Notes under the pieces: model-generated
Database searches by the model: none
The model's input: the letters and a program-made list of their open reading frames with translations, nothing else
What the model was told of the DNA's origin: nothing
Part shown: positions 41,043 through 50,883 of the stretch, one piece after another
Layout of the letters: each line of letters opens with the position of its first letter
Numbering within the stretch: position 1 is the first letter of the stretch
Origin: Methanocaldococcus indicus
GTDB taxonomy: Archaea > AGJL01 > Methanococci > Methanococcales > Methanocaldococcaceae
NCBI RefSeq assembly: GCF_049554935.1
Contig: NZ_CP186926.1
Coordinates: forward strand, 1,152,001-1,216,000
Reading direction: 5' to 3'
DNA length: 64,000 nucleotides
Translations under genes and position numbers: made by a program

Positions 41043-42878
41043 ATGATGAAAAATTTATTTATAAATTTAAATAATTCAAAAATTGAAATTATTGAGAAAG
41101 ATATCTTTCCAATAGATTGGGGATTATATTGGCACAATAAATTTGAGACATATAAGTATGATGTATATGATTATAGGAATGTATTTACATTTGGAACTGT
41201 TGGACTTCCAGTTTATGGGGGACATAGATTAACATTTTGTTTTAAATCTCCATTAACAGATAATTTCTTTTTTTCATCTATGGGTGGAGCAGGATATCAG
41301 TTTTTAGCAACAGGTTACAACAATGTAGCTATTGTTGGTAGAGCTAAGAAGCCTTCTTTATTAATTATTAGTGATAAAAGTATAGATATTGTTGAGATAA
41401 GGGAAGATTTTAGAACAGTTTATGAAATATACAACCATATAGTTGAGCACTATAAAGAAAGAAATTTGAGGGCTATTGTTGTTGGTGAAGCTTCAAAAAA
41501 GACAGCTTTAGGAGCCTTATTTTCTCAAACTGTCTTAAATAACAAAGTTGTAGAAGGTTCAGAAGATTGGGCTGCAAGAGGTGGTGGTGGCTCTGTTCTA
41601 TATCAAGCTCATAACTTAGCTGGAATTGTATATTTTGGAGACAAAAATGAAGAGAAAGCATTGAAAGATAAAGTTAAGGAGATAGTTGAAGAGTATTATA
41701 AAGAGAGCTATATAAATGTTGTTAAGAAATTTACTAAAAAATATAGATATAATGATGAATCTCAGACAGGAGGGACATTTGGAAACAACTGGTTAATCTA
41801 CAAAGAAAAAGTCCCTATCTTTAATTGGCAAATGCCTTACATATCTAAAGAAGAGAGAAAAAAGCTTCTTAATATTATATTGGAAAATTATTTAAAAATA
41901 TTTAATCAGGAGGCAATTGAAACAAAGAGCTGGAAAAATTGTGGAGAACCTTGTCCAGTAGTATGTAAAAAATATAGGAATAAAAATAAGGTTGATTATG
42001 AACCTTATGCAGCAAATGGGACACTTTTAGGAATATTTGATTTACATGAAGCTGATAAAGTTGTTAAAGAAGTAGATAGTTTAGGATTTGATGCTATTGA
42101 AGTAGGAAATTTAACAGCTTTTGTTTTTGAATCTTTATATAGAGGACTATTAAAGGAGGAAGAACTCAATATTAAAACTCCATACTTCAACTATAAAGAT
42201 ATCTTAGAAGGAGATATAAAAGAGATATCAAGACACAATTCAGAACAAGCTATAAAGTTCTTAAATAATTTAGCAAATAACTACAATAGAGTATATAAAA
42301 TCTTATCATTAGGAACAAGAAAAGCTGTTAAACTCTTAGATGAGATGTACAAGAGCAGAACAAAAGAAATTAAATTTAAAGATATTGCTGTTTATATTGC
42401 CTTAGGAGATTGTTCAAGTATAAATCCAAATCTTTATTGGAGTCCAGGCTTCTTTATGCCATTAGTTATATCTGGGAGGTATTTAACATACTACAAGCCA
42501 GAATTTTTAGAGCCAGAGGAGTTAGCTGAGAAGATTTATGAAAATGTTAAATTAGAGTTGGCATTAGATAATTTAACAATTTGTAGATTCCATAGAAAAT
42601 GGCTAAAACCAGTTATAAACAAAATTGTCAGTGAAATCTTTAATATAGATTTTAATTATGAAAAATATAGCTTAGAACTTTACAAGAAAATATATGAATA
42701 TAACAAAAAATGCATCTATCCGAATAACTTTGAAAGTGAAAGAGTTAAAGATTTATTAGTAGGATTGGCTAAAGAATGTGGAAACAAAAACTGGAACAAG
42801 GAAAATATAGATAATTATTTAAAAAGATTTTTAGATAAATATTCTGAATTATTTAACATTGATTGGAAGATTAAATAA
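41043..42878 (+). CDS. gor: Glyceraldehyde-3-phosphate:ferredoxin oxidoreductase (AOR family)
   Basis: SSMGGAG, DWAARGGGGS, CGEPCPVVC, DYEPY, GFDAIE and CRFHRKW motifs. Confidence 0.85.
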   Translation: MMKNLFINLNNSKIEIIEKDIFPIDWGLYWHNKFETYKYDVYDYRNVFTFGTVGLPVYGGHRLTFCFKSPLTDNFFFSSMGGAGYQFLATGYNNVAIVGRAKKPSLLIISDKSIDIVEIREDFRTVYEIYNHIVEHYKERNLRAIVVGEASKKTALGALFSQTVLNNKVVEGSEDWAARGGGGSVLYQAHNLAGIVYFGDKNEEKALKDKVKEIVEEYYKESYINVVKKFTKKYRYNDESQTGGTFGNNWLIYKEKVPIFNWQMPYISKEERKKLLNIILENYLKIFNQEAIETKSWKNCGEPCPVVCKKYRNKNKVDYEPYAANGTLLGIFDLHEADKVVKEVDSLGFDAIEVGNLTAFVFESLYRGLLKEEELNIKTPYFNYKDILEGDIKEISRHNSEQAIKFLNNLANNYNRVYKILSLGTRKAVKLLDEMYKSRTKEIKFKDIAVYIALGDCSSINPNLYWSPGFFMPLVISGRYLTYYKPEFLEPEELAEKIYENVKLELALDNLTICRFHRKWLKPVINKIVSEIFNIDFNYEKYSLELYKKIYEYNKKCIYPNNFESERVKDLLVGLAKECGNKNWNKENIDNYLKRFLDKYSELFNIDWKIK

Positions 42879-42927
42879 TAAAGTAAAAAGGAAAAAATAA
42901 TAAAAATATAAACAATATAATAAAAAA

Positions 42928-44010
42928 TTAAATTTTTTCAATTGTTAAACAGGAATTTCCTAACAATTTAATCTTATAGTCATATCCTAAACTATCCAAT
43001 GTATTTATAATTTCATTAACTTCATAGTATTTTACAAATCTATCATTTAATTTATTGTAGAAAGTAAATAACTCATTTTTAATTGGGTCAAACTTGTCTG
43101 CAAAGTACTCCTCCATTATAAATAATCTACCTCCTGGGACTAAGGAGTTCATAGATTTTTTTATAAATGTTTTTAATGATGGAAGATATCTCAAAGTGTG
43201 AGAGCATATAATCAAAGAATATTTTTCTTTTGGGGCCATATCATAAAAGTCCATAGCTCTCAAATCATAGGAATCAAAATATCTTCTTTTTACTCTATTT
43301 TTTGCTATCTCTATTAAACCTTTTGATATATCTATTCCTGTGTAATGGCCTATTAGATGAACATGACCAATATAGTAGTAAGGAGACCATGAACCACAAC
43401 CTACATCTAAGATGCAATCATCACATTCTAAGTTTGTGGCTAATGTAGATATCTCCCTACATAGATGATAATATGGACTACTTAAAATCATGTCCCAAAT
43501 ATCTGGGTCTTTTTTAAAGTTTATTGCAATTTTAGGATGCTTACTACTTATTAATGCATACTTAGCTACATGAGTAATATAAGTATATTTCATTACATAG
43601 TCACTAATGATTTTGTCAAATTCAGGCATTTTAATTTTAATTTCAAAATCTTCATTCATAGATAGTTTTCCATCAGAGTAATTAATAATACCTATATTTG
43701 CCCCAGTTTTTACAAACTCTAATATAAATTGTTTGTTAGGATAAGATATCTTGTCCAATAATTCTTTAACATTTGGATGATATTGAGCTATATTTTGGAA
43801 AATACCAAATTCAATTCCCTGTCTAATAAATGTTGTTAATAAATCTTGGCCTAAGTAATCTATGGTTTTATCTGCCATTTCTATTTTCTTTTTTAACCTT
43901 AAACTTTTTGATAGTATATCACTTGAATCATTTTCAGATGGTTGATATTCTGAAAAGATTGATGAAATATCTAAATTGAGCTTATCTAAATTATTGTTGT
44001 TTATAGGCAT
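42928..44010 (-). CDS. Class I SAM-dependent methyltransferase
   Basis: ILDVGCG, GIDIS and LVPGGRLFI motifs. Confidence 0.8.
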   Translation of the reverse strand: MPINNNNLDKLNLDISSIFSEYQPSENDSSDILSKSLRLKKKIEMADKTIDYLGQDLLTTFIRQGIEFGIFQNIAQYHPNVKELLDKISYPNKQFILEFVKTGANIGIINYSDGKLSMNEDFEIKIKMPEFDKIISDYVMKYTYITHVAKYALISSKHPKIAINFKKDPDIWDMILSSPYYHLCREISTLATNLECDDCILDVGCGSWSPYYYIGHVHLIGHYTGIDISKGLIEIAKNRVKRRYFDSYDLRAMDFYDMAPKEKYSLIICSHTLRYLPSLKTFIKKSMNSLVPGGRLFIMEEYFADKFDPIKNELFTFYNKLNDRFVKYYEVNEIINTLDSLGYDYKIKLLGNSCLTIEKI

Positions 44011-44011
44011 A

Positions 44012-44347
44012 TTACCACCTCATAGAAGATATTATATCACTATCTTGGTCTTTGAGGACTTCAACAACTTTTTTTCCATATTCAGTAAGTTTATATATTT
44101 TTATACCACCTTTTTCTTCACATTCTACTAAACCAAGCTCAATTAATGAAAAATGACCGTTATATCTACCATTTAGTCCTTTTAAACAACCTAATACATT
44201 ACTTGGGTCTGATTTAACGCCACGGGATATTTCTGATAAATAAGTACCATAAGGATATATATTGTACAAGTAATATAATATTTTTTTTCTTAATTTACTT
44301 TTGTTTAGCGACCTAACAATCATAGGGTCTAAAAAGACGATACTCAT
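44012..44347 (-). CDS. earA: Winged-helix transcription factor, archaellum activator EarA family
   Basis: RSLNKSKLRKKIL..YLSEISR..SDPSNVLGCLKG..RY..SLIELGLV. Confidence 0.75.
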   Translation of the reverse strand: MSIVFLDPMIVRSLNKSKLRKKILYYLYNIYPYGTYLSEISRGVKSDPSNVLGCLKGLNGRYNGHFSLIELGLVECEEKGGIKIYKLTEYGKKVVEVLKDQDSDIISSMRW

Positions 44348-44376
44348 AGTATCACCAGAGATTATATAAAAATTTT

Positions 44377-46965
44377 TTAAATAATTTGGAAAACTCTATT
44401 AATTATTCCACTTATTATTGAAGATATAAACCCAAACAATCCATTATTTTCTTCTTTTTGCATATTAGATGTGTTTTGTTGTGTTTCTTTTACCATTGTA
44501 TTTTTTGGGCTTGGATTATTAGTAGTTGGGTTAATAGTGATATTTTCTTTTAAATTGGTAATATTATTATTTGTTGTATTTGTGGTATTAGTGGTTTCAT
44601 TCTCTACTACATTTTCTACTATATTGCTTATATTTTGGAAATCCTTTATTAATATTTCCTTTTTAAGTACAATTGACTTAATAGTGTTATTTAATATAAT
44701 AAATTTATCTACTTTAATGTAAAATTCTACCTTATTAGAGTTTATATTTTTAAGAGGTATTTCAACAACTTTATAGCTATTTGGAGGAATTGATATAGTT
44801 CTTGGAGTTTCATTAAAAGATGTCCAATATTCTGCAGTTATATTTAAAGGGAAATCTTTATTAGATAATTTTACATACATTTTTGAGTTATTTATTGTTA
44901 TATTTTCTATATAAACAGGGGATATAACTTCTGTCAATTTAAATGTCTTTGTTGGGACACTATTTCCTAATAAATCTAATGCAGAATATCTACCAATCTC
45001 ATACTCATTAGGTATTGAAACAGGATGTAATCCTAAACCATTTCCAAATATGATATCAACACCTAAATTTTTTGGAATAATATGGACTACAGTATATCCT
45101 TTAAAGCCTTCTTTAAAGGTTATTGGGAACGTTACCACAGTTGAAGAGTCATTTTCTACTAAAACATCTTTTTTTGGAGAAATATACTCAATTGTTCCAT
45201 TTCTATTAATTACTTCTAAATAAACTTCACAATTTAGGGGAATATTTAATTTATTTGCAAATTTTACCTCTACCTTACAAGGAATTCCAACAACTGGCTT
45301 ATTTACATATATTGAGTTATTATATTTTATTGCATTAATTTTAACTAATGGAGTTATATATTTTAAATATTCAACTCTAATTGGATATATAGCATTAAAA
45401 TGAACTGTTGCATATGAATCTTTAGCTCCTTCATCTGGAACTACTTTAATATATAAATCTCCATTAAACTCTCTATTAAATTTTATACTAATATTGTAAT
45501 CTTTTTTTGTATGAGGAGGAACAATAAAGTATATATTACTTGTATAATTTACAATTCCTTTCTTGTTTAGTTTGTCATAGACAATAATTTTCCCTGTTAA
45601 AGTTTTGTTGTAGATATTGTATAGAGTGATAGTCATATTATAAGTTTTTCCTACTAAAACATAACCACTATTTTTAGAGACTCCTCTAATTATACTTTTT
45701 TCCTGAGGTAGAGATATACTTACTATCTTAATTGGTGAGATTGGTGTAGGATTTGGATTTAAAGTTGTTTCTTTTCTATATATTAATTTTAAGTAATTTA
45801 TATCTGGATAAACCTCAGAATATATTTTCACATTTCCTAATTTAGGATATATTGGAATATATAAAGTTCCAGTAGATGTTTTATTTAATTTAATATCTCT
45901 AACCACAGTATAATTATCATAGCATAAAACAAACTTTGTATTAACATCTTCATTGTATTTATTTTCTAAATCAACTTTTAAAATAGCTAAATATCTATCA
46001 TCATCTTTAACATAGTATCTTGGAATTTCTACATATTTTCTATAGTATTTGTCATTAATTGCCTTTTCTATATCATCATCTATCCAGGCATTGTAGTAGA
46101 AGTTTTTTACAATATTTGAGGTATTATCATCTATTTTATTATAAACCTTAATATTTTTAATGACTACTGGTAGTAAAAATGTCATTGGCTCACTTTTGTA
46201 ATCAAACCATATTCCATTTTTATCTCTTCTCTGAATTGTTTCTTCATATCCATCTACACTATGAGTAACATTTAAAACTTCAACATAAGTAGTAATTTTA
46301 AAATTGTCATCAGTAATATTTATTTCTGGAATTTTAAAATATATTGTTTTTTCTTCACCATATGGAATATATACTGTCTGTGAGTTGTTTATTCCATCAT
46401 ATATAACATTATTTCCAGATTTAGCTACAATCCAAACTTTTGCTATATAGTCACTTGATGCATAAGGATTACTTTTTAATGTAATTTTAAACCAATTAGA
46501 AAAACAAACCTGAGTATTCTTATTTAAATAGTATCCATCAGAGCAAGTTATATTTTTTACATCTATTGGAAAAATAACTTTAATTTTAAATGTTTTTGAA
46601 GCTATTGTCTTTCCTTCATCATCTACTAAAGAAACTTTAACATCATGCTCTTTATCATCAGTTATTGGAACTCTTAACTCTATAACATTTTCTATATGTG
46701 AATTTGGAGCTAAACTAATATATCCATAGTCATATTTTTTTCCATTACATTCAACAACTATCTTTACCCTATGCTCATAATCATCTTTATTGACAATCCC
46801 AATATAGAGAATTTGCTCATCAATCTTTATATGTAACATTGGAGCATTTGGAGGGTCATAAGGAGTTGCTATTTTGTAAATCTCCACATTTCCCCAAGCA
46901 TAACTAAATATTGAGATGCATAATATCAATAACCATAATTTTATACTTTTGCTCATATATCTCAC
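44377..46965 (-). CDS. Large secreted or cell-surface beta-rich protein
   Basis: Signal peptide, many N-x-S/T sequons, N/T-rich linker and an amphipathic C-terminal helix. Confidence 0.7.
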   Translation of the reverse strand: MRYMSKSIKLWLLILCISIFSYAWGNVEIYKIATPYDPPNAPMLHIKIDEQILYIGIVNKDDYEHRVKIVVECNGKKYDYGYISLAPNSHIENVIELRVPITDDKEHDVKVSLVDDEGKTIASKTFKIKVIFPIDVKNITCSDGYYLNKNTQVCFSNWFKITLKSNPYASSDYIAKVWIVAKSGNNVIYDGINNSQTVYIPYGEEKTIYFKIPEINITDDNFKITTYVEVLNVTHSVDGYEETIQRRDKNGIWFDYKSEPMTFLLPVVIKNIKVYNKIDDNTSNIVKNFYYNAWIDDDIEKAINDKYYRKYVEIPRYYVKDDDRYLAILKVDLENKYNEDVNTKFVLCYDNYTVVRDIKLNKTSTGTLYIPIYPKLGNVKIYSEVYPDINYLKLIYRKETTLNPNPTPISPIKIVSISLPQEKSIIRGVSKNSGYVLVGKTYNMTITLYNIYNKTLTGKIIVYDKLNKKGIVNYTSNIYFIVPPHTKKDYNISIKFNREFNGDLYIKVVPDEGAKDSYATVHFNAIYPIRVEYLKYITPLVKINAIKYNNSIYVNKPVVGIPCKVEVKFANKLNIPLNCEVYLEVINRNGTIEYISPKKDVLVENDSSTVVTFPITFKEGFKGYTVVHIIPKNLGVDIIFGNGLGLHPVSIPNEYEIGRYSALDLLGNSVPTKTFKLTEVISPVYIENITINNSKMYVKLSNKDFPLNITAEYWTSFNETPRTISIPPNSYKVVEIPLKNINSNKVEFYIKVDKFIILNNTIKSIVLKKEILIKDFQNISNIVENVVENETTNTTNTTNNNITNLKENITINPTTNNPSPKNTMVKETQQNTSNMQKEENNGLFGFISSIISGIINRVFQII

Positions 46966-47070
46966 CTTTTGAGATAGGAGAAAATATTATATATGGTGTT
47001 ATGCTTTAAATCTTAATAAATCTATTTTTTATTTTTAGCAGAATTAATAATATATAAACTATTTTTGTAG

Positions 47071-47280
47071 GTGAAAAGAATGATATATATAAATAAAGAG
47101 TTATGTAAAGCTTGCTATATATGCATTGAGTTCTGCCCAAAGAAAGTTTTTACCATATCAAAAGAGCTAAGTAAGAAAGGAGTTTATCCTCCTAAGGTTG
47201 AAGATGAGAGTAAATGCACATATTGTAAAATTTGTGAAATGATGTGTCCTGACCAAGCTATTGCAGTGGTGAAAAAATGA
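47071..47280 (+). CDS. korD: 2-oxoglutarate:ferredoxin oxidoreductase delta subunit (2[4Fe-4S])
   Basis: CKACYICIEFCP and CTYCKICEMMCP motifs; first gene of the operon. Confidence 0.85.
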   Translation: MKRMIYINKELCKACYICIEFCPKKVFTISKELSKKGVYPPKVEDESKCTYCKICEMMCPDQAIAVVKK

Positions 47281-48425
47281 AATTGGATGAAAAAGGAAGA
47301 TTAAAGCCAGGAGCTTATTTTATGCAAGGAAATGAAGCTTGTGCTGAGGGAGCTATTGTAGCTGGATGTAACTTTTATGCAGGTTATCCAATAACCCCAT
47401 CCTCAGAGATAGCAGAAAGAATGGCATACAGATTACCTCAGTTGGGAAGGACTTATATCCAAATGGAGGATGAGATAGGTTCATTAGCTGCTGTTATAGG
47501 AGCTTCATGGGCTGGATGTAAAGCAATGACAGCTACATCTGGCCCTGGATTTAGTTTAATGCAAGAACATATTGGTTATGCAGTTATGACTGAAACACCA
47601 TTAGTTATTGTCAATGTTCAAAGAGGTTCTCCTTCAACTGGACAGCCAACAATGGCATCTCAGAGTGATATGCAACAAGCTAAGTGGGGAAGTCATGGGG
47701 ACTATCAAATAATTGCACTTTCTCCTTCATCTGTTCAAGAATGTTTTGAATACACAATAATGGCCTTTAATTTAGCTGAAAAATATAGAGTTCCTACTTT
47801 TGTTATGAGTGATGAGATTGTTGGACATATGAGAGAGAAGTTAGTTATTGATAGTTATGATAAATATGAGATTGTAGATAGAGAGGAAGGATTAGATGAA
47901 CTTCCATTTAAGCCAGGGGAGAATTTAGTTCCTAAGTTTCCTACCTTTGGGAAAGGGTATAGAGTTCATGTAACAGGTTTAACTCACAATGAAAAAGGAT
48001 ATCCTGATGTTTCTCCTGAGACACATGATAAGTTGGTTAGAAGATTGAATAACAAAATATTAAAAAATATTGATGATATCTTTTCTTATGAAGGTTGGTA
48101 CTTAGATGACTGTTCTGATTTAGTTATAGTTGCTTATGGAGCTCCATCAAGAAGTGCTGAGGTAGTAGTTAAAGAGTTGAGAGAAGAAGGATTAAGTGTA
48201 GGATATGTTAAGTTAAATACAGTTTGGCCGTTCCATGATGAATTTATCTACAAAGTAGCAAAAGAAACTGAAAAGATATTAGTTCCTGAGATAAACTTAG
48301 GACAGATAGTTAGAGAAGTTCAAAGAGCAAGTAAAGGAGAGTGTGAAGTTCTATCATATACTAAGATAGGTGGAGAAATTCCTACACCAGATGAAATTAA
48401 AAATTATTATTTAAAAAATAAGTAA
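47277..48425 (+). CDS. korA: 2-oxoglutarate:ferredoxin oxidoreductase alpha subunit
   Basis: GYPITPSSE, QMEDE, TATSGPG and QRGSPSTG motifs. Confidence 0.88.
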   Translation: MKLDEKGRLKPGAYFMQGNEACAEGAIVAGCNFYAGYPITPSSEIAERMAYRLPQLGRTYIQMEDEIGSLAAVIGASWAGCKAMTATSGPGFSLMQEHIGYAVMTETPLVIVNVQRGSPSTGQPTMASQSDMQQAKWGSHGDYQIIALSPSSVQECFEYTIMAFNLAEKYRVPTFVMSDEIVGHMREKLVIDSYDKYEIVDREEGLDELPFKPGENLVPKFPTFGKGYRVHVTGLTHNEKGYPDVSPETHDKLVRRLNNKILKNIDDIFSYEGWYLDDCSDLVIVAYGAPSRSAEVVVKELREEGLSVGYVKLNTVWPFHDEFIYKVAKETEKILVPEINLGQIVREVQRASKGECEVLSYTKIGGEIPTPDEIKNYYLKNK

Positions 48426-48434
48426 GGTGAGAAT

Positions 48435-49253
48435 TTGGAACATTTTGCTTTGAAATATTTAAGAAAAGACAGATTACCACATATATTTTGTCCAGGTTGT
48501 GGAATTGGAATTATAATGAACTGTTTCTGTAAAGCAGTTGATGAGCTAAATTTAGATTTAGATAAGTTAGTTTTAACTTCTGGAATAGGATGTTCTTCAA
48601 GAGTTCCAGGATACTTTTTATTAGATTCTCTACATACCACACATGGAAGAAGTTTAGCATTTGCCACAGGAATTAAATTAGCTAATCCTGAATTAACTGT
48701 TGTTAATTTTACAGGAGATGGAGATTTAGCAGCTATTGGAGGAAATCACTTTATACATGCATGTAGAAGAAATATAGATATAACTGTTATTTGTGTGAAT
48801 AACCAAATATATGGTATGACAGGAGGTCAAGTTTCACCAACAACACCAGAAGGTTTTAGAGCTACAACAGCCCCTTATGGGAATATAGAGAATCCTTTTG
48901 ATTTATGTAAGTTGGCAGTGGCAGCAGGAGCAAGTTATGTAGCAAGATGGACAACAGCACATCCTTTCCAATTAGCAAGAGCAATAAAAAAAGGAATTGA
49001 AACAAAAGGACTTGCATTTATAGAAGTTATTTCTCAATGCTATACATACTTTGGAAGAATGAACAATTTTAAATCAAACACAGAACTTTTAAAATATATA
49101 AAAGAGAACTCAGTTGTTAAGGCAAAGGCAGAAAGAATGGATAAAGAGGAATTAAAAGGTAAGATTATAGTTGGAGAATTTGTAAATAGGGAGAGAGAAG
49201 AATATACTGACAAATACTATAAGATGTTAGAAAAATGTAAAGTAATAAGGTGA
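48435..49253 (+). CDS. korB: 2-oxoglutarate:ferredoxin oxidoreductase beta subunit
   Basis: FCPGCG, GIGCS, HTTHGR and GDGD..NN..YGMTGGQ motifs. Confidence 0.88.
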   Translation: MEHFALKYLRKDRLPHIFCPGCGIGIIMNCFCKAVDELNLDLDKLVLTSGIGCSSRVPGYFLLDSLHTTHGRSLAFATGIKLANPELTVVNFTGDGDLAAIGGNHFIHACRRNIDITVICVNNQIYGMTGGQVSPTTPEGFRATTAPYGNIENPFDLCKLAVAAGASYVARWTTAHPFQLARAIKKGIETKGLAFIEVISQCYTYFGRMNNFKSNTELLKYIKENSVVKAKAERMDKEELKGKIIVGEFVNREREEYTDKYYKMLEKCKVIR

Positions 49254-49257
49254 ATTT

Positions 49258-49809
49258 ATGAGAAAAGAGCTAAGATTTGCAGGATTTGGAGGGCAGGGAA
49301 TACAATTAGCTGGAATTATTTTAGGAAGGGCTGCTGCTCTATATGAAGATTTGTATGCCTTTCAAACACAATCTATAGGGCCAGAGGCAAGAGGAGGAAA
49401 ATCAAGGTGTGAAGTAGTTATATCAGACAATCCAAGAGATTATCCAAAAGTTAGAAATTTAGATATATTGATAGCTATGTCACAGGAGGCATTAGATAGC
49501 TATATTTCTGATTTAGATAGTGGGAAAATTCTCATATATGACCCAGATATGATGACAAAACATCCTGAGAGAGATGATATTACTATCTACAAAATTCCAG
49601 CAACTAAGGCAGCTTATGAGTTAGGAAATAGGATTGTTGCAAATGTAGTTATGTTAGGGGCATTAGTTGAATTAACAGGAGTAGTATCTAAGGATAGTAT
49701 AAAAAAAGCAGTTGCTGAATCTGTTAAAGAAAAATTCATTGAATTGAATTTAAAAGCTTTGGAAAAAGGATTTGAATTAGGAAAAAAAGCAAAAGGAGAA
49801 GTATGTTAA
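49258..49809 (+). CDS. korC: 2-oxoglutarate:ferredoxin oxidoreductase gamma subunit
   Basis: GFGGQG, GPEARGG and ANVVMLGA motifs. Confidence 0.88.
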   Translation: MRKELRFAGFGGQGIQLAGIILGRAAALYEDLYAFQTQSIGPEARGGKSRCEVVISDNPRDYPKVRNLDILIAMSQEALDSYISDLDSGKILIYDPDMMTKHPERDDITIYKIPATKAAYELGNRIVANVVMLGALVELTGVVSKDSIKKAVAESVKEKFIELNLKALEKGFELGKKAKGEVC

Positions 49810-50795
49810 ATAAAGCTTCAACATCTATAGAGATTTCAAAAGATAGATATGAATTGTTAGAGGAAATAAAAGAGAATAATTATAAAAGAATTTTAATAGT
49901 TGGAAATGTAGATGTTGGGAAAACAACATTAATAAACTTTTTATCAAATAATCTAAATTGTGGAATTTTAGATTTGGATGTTGGACAAAAATCTATTTTA
50001 CCTCCTGCAACAATCTCTTTAAAATACTCTTTTTTAGTAAAGCATTATTTTATAGGTTCTACAACACCAGCTCAATTTATAGGAGAGATGATTGTAGGAG
50101 CCAATAAATTAGCTAATTTAGTTAATGATTTAGTTTTAATAGATACACCAGGATTTATATATGGAATTGGTGGAGAGCTAATAAAACTGTTAATTGAGAG
50201 TTTAAAACCTGATTTAATTGTTGGAATTGAAAGGGATAAAGAACTAAGGAATCTTTTAAGATATGAAAATGTAAAATTTTTAAAGTCATATAGCAACAAA
50301 ACATATTCAAAGGAAGAGAGAAAAAAGATAAGAGAAGAAAAATGGAAAAAATACTTTGAGAATAGTAAAGAAATTATAATCAACTTCAAAGATTTTATTT
50401 TATCAGGAAGTAAATTGTTTTATGGTGTTAAAATAACTGAAAATGAAAAGTATCTAATTGAGAATCTATTAAAATGGAAAATTCTTTATGGAAGTAGAAT
50501 AGATAAGCAGTATATAATTGTTAAGGAAGATTTAGAAAGAATCCATATAAGTTTAGATAGAAATTTTATATTTTATTTAGATAAAGACAGATTTTTAAAC
50601 TTATTAGTTGGATTGATTGATAAAGATGGTTTTTGTGAAGGTTTAGGAATTGTGAAAGAGATTGACTTTGAAAATGAAACTTTAAAAATTTTGACTCCTA
50701 TAAGTTTGGATAATATAAAGGAGATAAGATTTGGTAGAATAAAAATAAATGATGACTTTACAGAAGGAGCTTATTTAGATAGAGAACTAATTTAG
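49803..50795 (+). CDS. Clp1/Nol9-like polynucleotide 5'-kinase
   Basis: GNVDVGKTT, DLDVGQ..PP, IDTPG and ER..IRE..WKKYF motifs. Confidence 0.8.
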   Translation: MLNKASTSIEISKDRYELLEEIKENNYKRILIVGNVDVGKTTLINFLSNNLNCGILDLDVGQKSILPPATISLKYSFLVKHYFIGSTTPAQFIGEMIVGANKLANLVNDLVLIDTPGFIYGIGGELIKLLIESLKPDLIVGIERDKELRNLLRYENVKFLKSYSNKTYSKEERKKIREEKWKKYFENSKEIIINFKDFILSGSKLFYGVKITENEKYLIENLLKWKILYGSRIDKQYIIVKEDLERIHISLDRNFIFYLDKDRFLNLLVGLIDKDGFCEGLGIVKEIDFENETLKILTPISLDNIKEIRFGRIKINDDFTEGAYLDRELI

Positions 50796-50883
50796 TAATA
50801 ATAAATTGCTATTTTTTATTAAATAAGTTTATATTTTTTTGGTTATTTTAGTTTTATCTAATAAAGCTGTTTTTAGGGATAGT

